From: a virus
Lineage: Duplodnaviria > Caudoviricetes
Length of the DNA stretch: 26,563 nucleotides
IMG/VR virus record: IMGVR_UViG_3300030372_002303
Span: 1 to 26,563 of that record
Direction: 5' to 3' (one strand)
In this document: one piece after another, positions 15,024 to 23,161 of the stretch
Numbering within the stretch: position 1 is the first letter of the stretch
How the letters are laid out: each line of letters begins with the position of its first letter
Position numbers and translations under genes: made by a program
The notes under the pieces: generated by a model
Seen by the model: only the letters and a program-made list of their open reading frames with translations
Told to the model about the DNA's origin: nothing
Database searches by the model: none

Positions 15024-16875
15024 ATTTGTAATTGAAGTCAGAGCTAAAGGGTTTACGAACCTAGAGACTCAACTTAAAAAAGCTGATGCAGCGACTAAAG
15101 GGTATACAAAATCCACTAAACAATTAAGAGGTGCAACTTCTGGATTAAGAAGAAATATTGGGGCATTAAGGAATAATATACTTCTATTTACATTTGCTCT
15201 AGGCGCAGCAGCTAAGATGACTAGTACTTTTGTTCGTAATGCTTCAAAATTTGAACAAGTTAGAACACGATTAGTAGGTTTAACTGGATCGGTAGTAAAA
15301 GCAAATCAAGCTTTTGACACTTTTAATGCAGTAGCAGCAACTACACCTTTTAGCTTAGAAGATGTAGTAAATGCTGGTGCGCAGTTAAAAGCATTTGGAT
15401 CAGATGCGGAAGCATTAATTAAGCCAGTTACAGACCTTGCAGCATTTATGGGTACAACTGCTACAGAAGCTGCTAATTCTTTTGGCCGAGCTTTTGCTGG
15501 TGGCGCTGGCGCTGCTGATATTTTGCGAGAGCGTGGTATATTAAATATAATAAAATCTTCTCAAGGTTTAACTGACTTATCTACTACTACTTTACCAGAA
15601 TTTAGAAAGGCTTTAATAAGTTCATTACAAGATCCAGCAGTCGGAATTGCTGGTAGTACCGATCGGATGTCAAGAACATTTGAAGGTGCGATGTCTAATA
15701 TGAAAGACAGCTTAACTAGACTATCTGCTGAAGTAGGCGCTGTAATGCTACCAGCTTTAAAAGGATTTTCACGCCAACTTAAAGAATTATCAGACGATGC
15801 AATTACTTTTTTCCAGCAATTTACTGGAACTGAAGCTCAAAAAATGCTTGCGCATTTAAAGCAAATTGGAGTTGACTCAAAAGCTCTATCAGCTTTAGAG
15901 GCTATAGTTTTTACAGAAAAAACAGAAGAAAATATTGATAACATAAATCAAGCTATGGTAAGGTTATTACAAGGGAATAAGGGTTTAACTAAACAATTTA
16001 AAGATTTTGGTGGAGAGGTTAAGACAATTCAAGAATTCCTTTTTGGAAAGCCTATTGGAGAGCCAAGAATTGATGATGTTAGTATAAGCGTTGAAAATGC
16101 AGCATTGTTATTAGATGTGCTAAAGCAAGAAATGAATGCAGTTCAAGCTGGAGCTTTAGGTATGGCAAACTCTATAGGCACTAACAATCAAGCAACTTCA
16201 GAAGCATCTAAAGAAGCCGCAGAACACTTCCTTGCTTTAGCTTCTCTAGTTGCCATGCTTACTGAGCAAGATAATTTATATAAAAGACTTACCGAGACTA
16301 TAGCTGAATTAAGCGCCACCGCACCACTTGTGCAAATAGACCCACCTGACCCAGCAAGGATTCTAGCTTCAGCAAGAGCTTTTAAACAATTTAGTGATAA
16401 TATCGCTAAAGCTACTTTAGAAGGTCAGAATTTTGGAGATGCTGTAGTGAATGCGTTAGAATCTATTGGAATTGAATTAGCAGCTCAAGCAATTTCATTT
16501 TCGTTATTAAGTATTTTTGCTAAAGGCCCACTGTCAGCCTCTAAAGCTGGATTTGGATTGCTAGATACAGTATTTACTAGCATATTTGGCAAAGCTCACA
16601 CTGGTGGAGCAATTACAAATAAAGGCGTACAAGCTTTTGCTGGGGGTGGTATGGTTCAAGGTAGAGATAATGTACCTATACTAGCTCAAGCAGGCGAGTT
16701 TGTTATGCGCAGAGAGGCGGTGCAAAGTATTGGCTTAGACCAACTACATCAAATGAATCAATCAGGTCAGAGTAATAATATGACTGTTAATATTTCTGCA
16801 CCAATGGTAGATGAAACAGTTGTAGATCATATTATTCCAGCCATTGAAAAAGCAGCAAGGTTTAATTTAGCATGA
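15013..16875 (+). CDS. Tail tape measure protein
   Basis: Ala-rich helical protein with the N-terminal domain AATTPFSLEDVVNAGAQLKAFG and C-terminal FAGGGMV..RDNVPILAQAGEFVM. Confidence 0.9.
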   Translation: MANKFVIEVRAKGFTNLETQLKKADAATKGYTKSTKQLRGATSGLRRNIGALRNNILLFTFALGAAAKMTSTFVRNASKFEQVRTRLVGLTGSVVKANQAFDTFNAVAATTPFSLEDVVNAGAQLKAFGSDAEALIKPVTDLAAFMGTTATEAANSFGRAFAGGAGAADILRERGILNIIKSSQGLTDLSTTTLPEFRKALISSLQDPAVGIAGSTDRMSRTFEGAMSNMKDSLTRLSAEVGAVMLPALKGFSRQLKELSDDAITFFQQFTGTEAQKMLAHLKQIGVDSKALSALEAIVFTEKTEENIDNINQAMVRLLQGNKGLTKQFKDFGGEVKTIQEFLFGKPIGEPRIDDVSISVENAALLLDVLKQEMNAVQAGALGMANSIGTNNQATSEASKEAAEHFLALASLVAMLTEQDNLYKRLTETIAELSATAPLVQIDPPDPARILASARAFKQFSDNIAKATLEGQNFGDAVVNALESIGIELAAQAISFSLLSIFAKGPLSASKAGFGLLDTVFTSIFGKAHTGGAITNKGVQAFAGGGMVQGRDNVPILAQAGEFVMRREAVQSIGLDQLHQMNQSGQSNNMTVNISAPMVDETVVDHIIPAIEKAARFNLA

Positions 16876-18956
16876 GCCTAAGTTTTAACGGTTCTCAAAA
16901 TGCACATGGGATTGAAGAGAATTGGCTTTTCAATATTACACACTCTGGCGGTAATTTATATTTAGCACTAGCCGATGTGACTTATAGCTCTAATTTTTAT
17001 TATGGTGCTATAACCAATAATCCAAGTATTCGTGAAAGCCTTGATATTGTCAGATCAAAAGCCAACACATCAAATATCACACTAACAATAGCTGATTTTG
17101 AATACAATGGTAGTCCTATCTCTGAAGAGTTCTTTGGTGGGTCTAATCACTACATTAATAGAAGTGTATCTACCTCTATAAAAATTGGTGCTGATAATCC
17201 AGTAGTGGTTGGTACGTTTCGTATCTTAGATCTAAGTTATGACGGTGATGCCATTACAATGCAAATGGCTGCTAAAAGACCCTGGGATGGTATAGAATTA
17301 CCAGTAGACAAAAGTACCACTGGTGTCTATGTGCCAGTAGTTTATGGTGACTATACAGGAACTATAGCAACTTCAGTTACCGCAAATAATAATGTATTTA
17401 TGACTGATAAGGCAGTCTTTCCATCACCTAGAACAAGTAACTCTGGCAACAATCTTTACTTCTTAGCTCCTAAAAGCTACGGAAGTGGATCTGTCGTTAA
17501 TTATTATGATTCAAGAGCAGATGTCTACACACACCTTGAAGAAAATAATGCAGCAACGGTTACAAGAGATGGTAAAGATGCTTTTGAGATAAAAGGAAAA
17601 TTAAAAAGAACTTATAAGTTTAGACCAAAGGCTGTTTCTTCTTCAACAAACTTTTCTAATACTGGAAATTCAATAAACACCAACCAGTCTGATGGAGCTA
17701 CCTCATCTACTTTTACTGCTAATGGTGGTGCGCAAACTGCTGATCTAAACTATGAGTTACCTTCAATCAGTGGTCATTTTACATCTGCTAGTTTAAGAGT
17801 AGCAGCAACAATTACAGTGGCTAATCACGCTGCTGGTGTTGAGTCGGTTTTATATCATCGCTCTTTTGGTTCTGATACGACTATTTTATCGCAAGGGTCT
17901 AATGGCACAGGAACTTTAACTGTAAGCACTAACACTAATATTTTATCAGCTATACAGTCCAATAATGATAGACTGCCTGACGACCTTAATCTTAGGTTTC
18001 AATTTAGCAGTCTTTCGTCTGGCTCTACGCAAGCAACTTGTGTGATTAATGATGTGTATCTTTACTTTACAATAGAAGAAGATTTTGGCTCTGAACCTAT
18101 GGCTGCTGGTTTAGCTGAATTAAGTTTAGATACAATATACTCTGGTAATGATGGCTTAACTAATTCTTGGGATGATTCAGCTATAACTTACATTCACGAT
18201 ATACATCGAGATATGTTAATAAGATATGCTGGCGTTACTACTTCTACACCAGATAATTATTCTGGATTAAATACAGCTCGATCACAATCTAATAAAGAAT
18301 GGTATGCACGATTTTGGCAATTAGAACCAAAGTTACTTAAAGATACCTTAGAGAAGATTCAGTTTGAAGGTGGCTTTGCTTTTCGCTTTAAAGCAGATGA
18401 TAGTCCACAATATATTTATGTAAAAGATTCATATAGTAGCGCTGATTATACATTAGCAAAAGATGACCTGGCTAATATTAAAGTCAGTAATACTTCTATT
18501 GGTGATCTGGTGAGCAAGTTTGAAGTAAATTATGAAAGAAACCCAGGTAAAGGTACTTATATAAATTCTCAGACTTGTACGAATGGCACTACTAGGACTA
18601 ATTATAATATTGCAGCAAAAGAAAATATTGAACAAGTCAGCTTAGACTATATTGTGCAAAATGATGCTGGTACAGTAGGCGCTACCGATCTTACTGGTGG
18701 CAGTCCGAATGATGGATTTGCTAATTATTACGGATATTTAGTATCTAATGTAAAGCTAGTAGTAGAAGCAGAGGTAATTAACCCAGCGCATATAGGTATT
18801 GAGGTAGGGGATATAGTCACATTTGATAATAGTGATATGTATCCAGAGAAAGCTTTTGGATCTGCCTGGACTAATAAAGCTTTTATGGTTATTTATTTAT
18901 CACGCACTCCAGGTAAACTAAAAATTAAGGTAAGGGAAGTAGGCGCTATTTCTTAA
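16872..18956 (+). CDS. Tail tip/baseplate hub protein with an inserted beta-sandwich region
   Basis: Follows the TMP by ATGA overlap. VPVVYGD motif and C-terminal IEVGDIVTF as in hub/Tal proteins. Confidence 0.6.
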   Translation: MSLSFNGSQNAHGIEENWLFNITHSGGNLYLALADVTYSSNFYYGAITNNPSIRESLDIVRSKANTSNITLTIADFEYNGSPISEEFFGGSNHYINRSVSTSIKIGADNPVVVGTFRILDLSYDGDAITMQMAAKRPWDGIELPVDKSTTGVYVPVVYGDYTGTIATSVTANNNVFMTDKAVFPSPRTSNSGNNLYFLAPKSYGSGSVVNYYDSRADVYTHLEENNAATVTRDGKDAFEIKGKLKRTYKFRPKAVSSSTNFSNTGNSINTNQSDGATSSTFTANGGAQTADLNYELPSISGHFTSASLRVAATITVANHAAGVESVLYHRSFGSDTTILSQGSNGTGTLTVSTNTNILSAIQSNNDRLPDDLNLRFQFSSLSSGSTQATCVINDVYLYFTIEEDFGSEPMAAGLAELSLDTIYSGNDGLTNSWDDSAITYIHDIHRDMLIRYAGVTTSTPDNYSGLNTARSQSNKEWYARFWQLEPKLLKDTLEKIQFEGGFAFRFKADDSPQYIYVKDSYSSADYTLAKDDLANIKVSNTSIGDLVSKFEVNYERNPGKGTYINSQTCTNGTTRTNYNIAAKENIEQVSLDYIVQNDAGTVGATDLTGGSPNDGFANYYGYLVSNVKLVVEAEVINPAHIGIEVGDIVTFDNSDMYPEKAFGSAWTNKAFMVIYLSRTPGKLKIKVREVGAIS

Positions 18957-18968
18957 AGAGGTATAATT

Positions 18969-19742
18969 ATGGCAAAGTATTTTATTTATCCAACCGAAGG
19001 TCGTGAGACATCTGCATCTGTAGACAGTGGTTCTATTCCTGACGGTGGTGGGTCTTACACTTCTAACTCAGGTAAAGTAACCAATGATGAGCGATTGGTT
19101 GATGGGAACTTAGGTGCAGCAGCGAATTTTACTGCGCAACATGCTACAATTAGAGTAGATAAAGGAAGTGGATCAATCGATAAAATCGATAGTATCGCTT
19201 ATTACTCTACCGCAGCCGATGATGGTGGATTTAGAATATATACAAATAGCGCATCTAATAATTCTTCTACTACAGAAAGAGCGACCTTTAACGCTACTAC
19301 CGCTGGATGGAATGTTGATGTCGATATGACATTAGGAAATGCTGAACGATATTGGTATATGTCAGCGCACGAAGAGGCGGTAGCTACAGTAACGCAAGTA
19401 ATACTTGGTACAAAACTAAATTTAACCAATGTAGAATTATCTGGAACAGAGGGTAAGATACATGGGAATAAGATACTCACCAGTCAAGGTGGCGTAGAGT
19501 ATTCAAATAAAAGACATGATGGTAAGAAGTTTTGGAATTTTAATCTAAAGTTTGTTAGTTCTAGTTATAAAACAAGCTTAGAAACAATGAGAACTGCTCT
19601 ATATGGCCCACACGATAAATTCTTATATTATGATGATTCTGCCTATTACTATGTGCGAATGTCTGATGATTCGCTACAGTTTAAAGAGGTAGCGTTTGGA
19701 GTCTACGACACTAATATAAAACTGATAGAGCAATTAAGTTAA
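18969..19742 (+). CDS. Distal-tail (Dit/gpM)-like protein with an N-terminal discoidin-like domain
   Basis: The C-terminal ~100 aa (TSQGGVEY...KFWNFNLKF...ALYGPHDKFLYYD...YYVRM) resembles a Dit domain. N-terminal RLVDGN...IRVD.G...IDSIAYY resembles a carbohydrate-binding sandwich. Confidence 0.5.
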   Translation: MAKYFIYPTEGRETSASVDSGSIPDGGGSYTSNSGKVTNDERLVDGNLGAAANFTAQHATIRVDKGSGSIDKIDSIAYYSTAADDGGFRIYTNSASNNSSTTERATFNATTAGWNVDVDMTLGNAERYWYMSAHEEAVATVTQVILGTKLNLTNVELSGTEGKIHGNKILTSQGGVEYSNKRHDGKKFWNFNLKFVSSSYKTSLETMRTALYGPHDKFLYYDDSAYYYVRMSDDSLQFKEVAFGVYDTNIKLIEQLS

Positions 19743-20837
19743 TCGATTCAATCCTTTAACTATAGAGTTTGATGATTTTCTCTTATCATCCATAATCCAA
19801 TCAGCATAAGCATCTTCCGTATCTTTTACATTTGCATGACCTAAATGCTCTTTTACTGCATAGATATTTCCAGATTCTCTTAATAGAATTGTAGCAGAAG
19901 TATCTCTAAAGTCATGCGGTGTGAACTTAAAACCGACAGTATCACTTGCAACTACGATTCTATCGTAAACATTCTTTGAACTTATAGGAATCGGATAGAT
20001 ATGTGCTTCATCGTGTATAGTTTTAAAGTGATCATTAATGATTTTAATCAATCGCTGATGATGGTCTTTTAAAAAAGGAATCTCTAGGGGAGTATCAAAT
20101 TCTTTTTTATGCCCTTTGTTCTTAATATAAGCGACTTCGCCTTCCATATCGATTTGATTCCAAGTAAAGTCTGGTCTACACAATTCACTAATACGACACC
20201 CAGTTAAGATATAAAGTTCGATGATAGCTTTTGTAATAGGACATATATCTTTATGCTCAAATATCATATCTAACTGATAAGGCTTTAAAGCGTTCTTTTT
20301 GCTCTTGGTAGCCTTTGGTAGCTTTATTGGTTTTGCGTTGATTGTACCCCTAATATTGCCCTCAGAAATCTGTTCCCTAGTCCAATTACCGATATGGTTT
20401 AAGCATCGCAAGTCTGATAGACCAGAGTTTTTCTTATTAGGGTTTCCGTAGCGCTTAAAATAGAAAGGATAATTAATTTTACAGAATGGAAAATCCATTC
20501 CTAAGTCATTTTCTAATTTACTCATTAATGCTTCGTAGCGCTTAATGGTTTTAACCGCATATTGCTTATAAGGTATTGCATTTACCCTAAATGCTTTAAA
20601 TATAACACCGATAGTTAGCTCTGGAATTATAATATTTGTTGAGTTGATCTTACCACTTAATTTCAAGCTAATACGGTCACGCTCTTCAATTAAACTTGCA
20701 TCATTATATATAGTATATGCTTTTTCCCTACCATTAATTGTTATAGATCGGTAAGGATTTTTATATAATTGTCTATATCCCTCTGGAATATACTTTATAA
20801 GATATTTATCATCATTTATTTGTGTAATTTTAGCCAT
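19734..20837 (-). CDS. int: Tyrosine recombinase/integrase
   Basis: Catalytic residues: R in LTGCRISEL, K in IKNKG, HDFR (HxxR), LGH, and Y in TEDAY. Probable N-terminal arm-binding domain. The GAGGA SD fits ATG 20837 (alternative GTG 20843). Confidence 0.92.
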   Translation of the reverse strand: MAKITQINDDKYLIKYIPEGYRQLYKNPYRSITINGREKAYTIYNDASLIEERDRISLKLSGKINSTNIIIPELTIGVIFKAFRVNAIPYKQYAVKTIKRYEALMSKLENDLGMDFPFCKINYPFYFKRYGNPNKKNSGLSDLRCLNHIGNWTREQISEGNIRGTINAKPIKLPKATKSKKNALKPYQLDMIFEHKDICPITKAIIELYILTGCRISELCRPDFTWNQIDMEGEVAYIKNKGHKKEFDTPLEIPFLKDHHQRLIKIINDHFKTIHDEAHIYPIPISSKNVYDRIVVASDTVGFKFTPHDFRDTSATILLRESGNIYAVKEHLGHANVKDTEDAYADWIMDDKRKSSNSIVKGLNRLT

Positions 20838-20868
20838 CTTCACTAATCCTCATTAGTTATACGACTAA

Positions 20869-20897
20869 AAGTTATAACAGATATTACATTTATACAA
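20869..20897 (-). promoter_or_regulatory. Candidate sigma70 promoter for int
   Basis: Minus strand TTGTAT-N17-TAACTT. The region is AT-rich, so a chance match is possible. Confidence 0.35.
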
Positions 20898-20922
20898 CTA
20901 TTATGTTAATTGTAAATATTCT

Positions 20923-20951
20923 TTGCACATAAATTATATTTGTTTTAATAT
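20923..20951 (+). promoter_or_regulatory. Candidate sigma70 early promoter
   Basis: TTGCAC-N17-TAATAT just upstream of the AAGGA SD of the HTH gene. Confidence 0.45.
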
Positions 20952-20978
20952 TTGTTACCAAATAAGGAAACATTTTAC

Positions 20979-21218
20979 ATGGGTAGACCAAAAATTGATA
21001 CGCCAATAGCACCTCAAAGAAAAATAAAAGAGGTTTTAGATCGGCCGAATGTCCAAAGAAACCTATTCTGGTTAGCGAAGCAATCAAAAATAAATCATAC
21101 GCTGCTTCACCAGATCGTTAATGGCAAAAGAAGGCTACAGGATTATCAGGCAAACAAAATTTTACATACATTACGAACTTTTAACATAGATGTTACTTAT
21201 GATGAGGTCTTTATTTGA
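20979..21218 (+). CDS. Cro/C1-type HTH protein
   Basis: ATG 20979 with an AAGGA SD. NLFWLAKQSKINHTLLHQIVNGKR is an XRE-type HTH. No peptidase domain. Confidence 0.75.
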   Translation: MGRPKIDTPIAPQRKIKEVLDRPNVQRNLFWLAKQSKINHTLLHQIVNGKRRLQDYQANKILHTLRTFNIDVTYDEVFI

Positions 21219-21259
21219 AAAACCTCTATTTAAGTAGACTTTAACATGATCCACATACC

Positions 21260-21484
21260 ATGAGCCAAGTCAGAATACTATCAAGCGATAAATTAATCAA
21301 ACGAGATTTCCTTTCCTACATAGGGTCGTTAGGCGCTTCCTTTCGTGCGACAACACCTAGCGACCCTTCTTTTAATCTAGCCTTCGACATTACAAGTCAA
21401 TCTGAATTACATCGACAGCACCTTATCGTCGAGGTATGCCGAAAGCTGGACACATTAAACATAGAATATGAGGTGATTAGATGA
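21260..21484 (+). CDS. Hypothetical protein
   Basis: 74-aa ORF with ATGA overlap to the next gene, but no clear SD. Confidence 0.5.
   Translation: MSQVRILSSDKLIKRDFLSYIGSLGASFRATTPSDPSFNLAFDITSQSELHRQHLIVEVCRKLDTLNIEYEVIR
21322..21373 (+). other. 12-bp stem-loop with CU-rich loop and U-rich tail (terminator or regulatory RNA)
   Basis: AGGGTCGTTAGG (21322-21333) pairs with CCTAGCGACCCT (21356-21367), one G-U, followed by TCTTTT. Confidence 0.6.
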
Positions 21485-21585
21485 GTGATTTATGGTGGTA
21501 TATAAAGCATTATTTTATCGAGATAGTTCTTGTCTTGATGTTAGTAGCGGTTTTAATAAACAATAGGAGTCTATTATGGCAGTAA
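21481..21585 (+). CDS. 34-aa single-TM microprotein (not in ORF track)
   Basis: GAGGTG SD. MSDLWWYIKHYFIEIVLVLMLVAVLINNRSLLWQ*. Confidence 0.65.
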   Translation: MSDLWWYIKHYFIEIVLVLMLVAVLINNRSLLWQ

Positions 21586-22097
21586 ATAAAAGCACAGGCA
21601 ACATGAAAAGTCCTGTGAGGATGGATAAAATCATTGTAAAGAATCTTACAGTAAAATGGTCACATTTACTTAAACCAGATCTAGAATATAACTCTGGTCA
21701 TAGTGTTACCGTAGAAGTCAATAAAGAGTTGGCTAAACTACAAAAAGAGTTAATTGCACAAACTGGTGTTAAAAAGATCAATGGCTTAAAAGAAGATGAA
21801 GGTGTCAAGCTTGCCAGTTTTAAAAACAAGATACATAGCACAGAAGGTATTGAGCGTTTTCCAAAGATATATGATGGCGATGGTCAAGTGACTAGCGATT
21901 GCCCTTTTGGTGGTGACAAGATAAATGTAGTGATCAAACCAAAGGTGTGGGATATGAATGGTAAGCAATCTATCAGTTGCTACCTGGAACAAGTTCAATG
22001 GGTAGAGAAGAATAGCGGTGAGTCTGTTACCTTTGAAAGAGTGGTAGATAAAGCAGATGATGTCAGCTTTGAAAATGACGACAAGCTACCCTTTTAA
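21576..22097 (+). CDS. ssDNA-binding protein (T7 gp2.5-like)
   Basis: WSHLLKPD, PKIYD.DG and ISCYLEQVQWVE motifs, with an acidic tail ending DDKLPF. Confidence 0.8.
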   Translation: MAVNKSTGNMKSPVRMDKIIVKNLTVKWSHLLKPDLEYNSGHSVTVEVNKELAKLQKELIAQTGVKKINGLKEDEGVKLASFKNKIHSTEGIERFPKIYDGDGQVTSDCPFGGDKINVVIKPKVWDMNGKQSISCYLEQVQWVEKNSGESVTFERVVDKADDVSFENDDKLPF

Positions 22098-22393
22098 TGA
22101 ACAGTAAAGCAAAAGGCACAGGCTACGAGAATGAGCTAGTAAAAAAGCTTGAAGAATCTGGCTTTGAAAAGGTCAAAAGAGCGTGGGGGTCGGATGGTAG
22201 GTCAATGGGAGAAGCGCCAGATGTTGACATTCTAGCAGATGGAATCAAGATACAAGCCAAGCGTAGAAGGTCTATACCTAAATGGTTAAATCTCGGTAAT
22301 TGTGATGTGGTGATGTATAGAGAAGATAGAGGTATTACATTTGTTTCTATGACGTTTGACGATTGGGTAAGGTGTTTGAAAAGTGTCCTCTGA
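22097..22393 (+). CDS. Holliday junction resolvase (Hjc-like PD-(D/E)XK)
   Basis: KG..YENEL...L...GF, DVDIL and IQAKR. Confidence 0.75.
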   Translation: MNSKAKGTGYENELVKKLEESGFEKVKRAWGSDGRSMGEAPDVDILADGIKIQAKRRRSIPKWLNLGNCDVVMYREDRGITFVSMTFDDWVRCLKSVL

Positions 22394-22533
22394 TAGAGGG
22401 CAGACAATGTGCTTTTGCTGGTTATGATAAACAGGAAAAACTTAGATGTGGATTTGCAAAACATCCAAATTTTGTTTCATTGATTACGGTATGTCCTTTG
22501 AAACAAAAAAAGGCGAGACGGAAAAGACGATAA
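22372..22533 (+). CDS. 53-aa four-Cys protein with a basic tail (not in ORF track)
   Basis: GTG start. MFEKCPLIEGRQCAFAGYDKQEKLRCGFAKHPNFVSLITVCPLKQKKARRKRR*. Confidence 0.55.
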   Translation: MFEKCPLIEGRQCAFAGYDKQEKLRCGFAKHPNFVSLITVCPLKQKKARRKRR

Positions 22534-22781
22534 TACTTGGTTGGCGCTGGGTAGTTGATCTACTCGCCTATATTTACGATGCGCTGTGTGATGGTTTACT
22601 TTCTCTATTAAACCGCCACTCATCCTCAGAACCGTTACATAGCGCAGAGGTTTGTGAGCATAATATATCTGATATAGTCCAGGGTGAAACTTATTATGGG
22701 GCAGAGGAGCATCAATATAATACCTACTGGTACTGCGAGGAATGTGGTGAAGAAATGATTAGTGAACCATACGAGGAGTAA
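22491..22781 (+). CDS. Hypothetical protein with C-terminal CxH...CxxC zinc motif; start uncertain
   Basis: CEH...YCEECGEEM at the 3' end. In-frame ATGs at 22446 and 22491 both overlap the 53-aa ORF. Confidence 0.45.
   Translation: MSFETKKGETEKTIILGWRWVVDLLAYIYDALCDGLLSLLNRHSSSEPLHSAEVCEHNISDIVQGETYYGAEEHQYNTYWYCEECGEEMISEPYEE
22543..22646 (+). ncRNA. Candidate structured RNA (two hairpins)
   Basis: A small hairpin at 22543-22568, then an uninterrupted 18-bp stem (22580-22597 with 22629-22646) in which all four non-Watson-Crick positions are G-U on the + strand, closing a 31-nt C/U-rich loop. Confidence 0.55.
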
Positions 22782-22784
22782 CTT

Positions 22785-23024
22785 ATGCAAAGATGTCAAT
22801 TCTGTACGCAAATGGCAAGCAATACATTACATGGTATTCATATCTGTAATAAACATTATACAAACCCAGTGATCGAAGGTCTTATCTGTGATTTTTATAA
22901 GAAAGAACATCAGATCATGGGAAGGAATTACAATATAATGAAGCGAAAGTCTAATATGGCTTATACAAGACCCTGGAAGAATTTAATAGAATACTATCGT
23001 GCGAAGTGGGGATGGTTTAAATGA
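22785..23024 (+). CDS. Hypothetical zinc-binding protein
   Basis: GAGGAG SD. CQFC...CNKH. Confidence 0.65.
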   Translation: MQRCQFCTQMASNTLHGIHICNKHYTNPVIEGLICDFYKKEHQIMGRNYNIMKRKSNMAYTRPWKNLIEYYRAKWGWFK

Positions 23025-23161
23025 AATGGTATTTTATATACCTGTATCGATACTTCAAGGATGACAGAAGTGAAAAAGAAGCAGAAAATGTTGATTGGCT
23101 ATTGAGAGTTAGTGATAATAAACGATTATTAAGATTATGGAGATGGTTACATGGCAGATGA
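23021..23161 (+). CDS. 46-aa hypothetical protein (not in ORF track)
   Basis: ATGA overlap. MKWYFIYLYRYFKDDRSEKEAENVDWLLRVSDNKRLLRLWRWLHGR*. Fills the gap. Confidence 0.6.
   Translation: MKWYFIYLYRYFKDDRSEKEAENVDWLLRVSDNKRLLRLWRWLHGR

Noticed and set aside
20890-21087. 65-aa minus-strand ORF as the missing repressor or excisionase
   Set aside because: No HTH pattern, antisense to the HTH gene, and it runs through the AT-rich promoter region.
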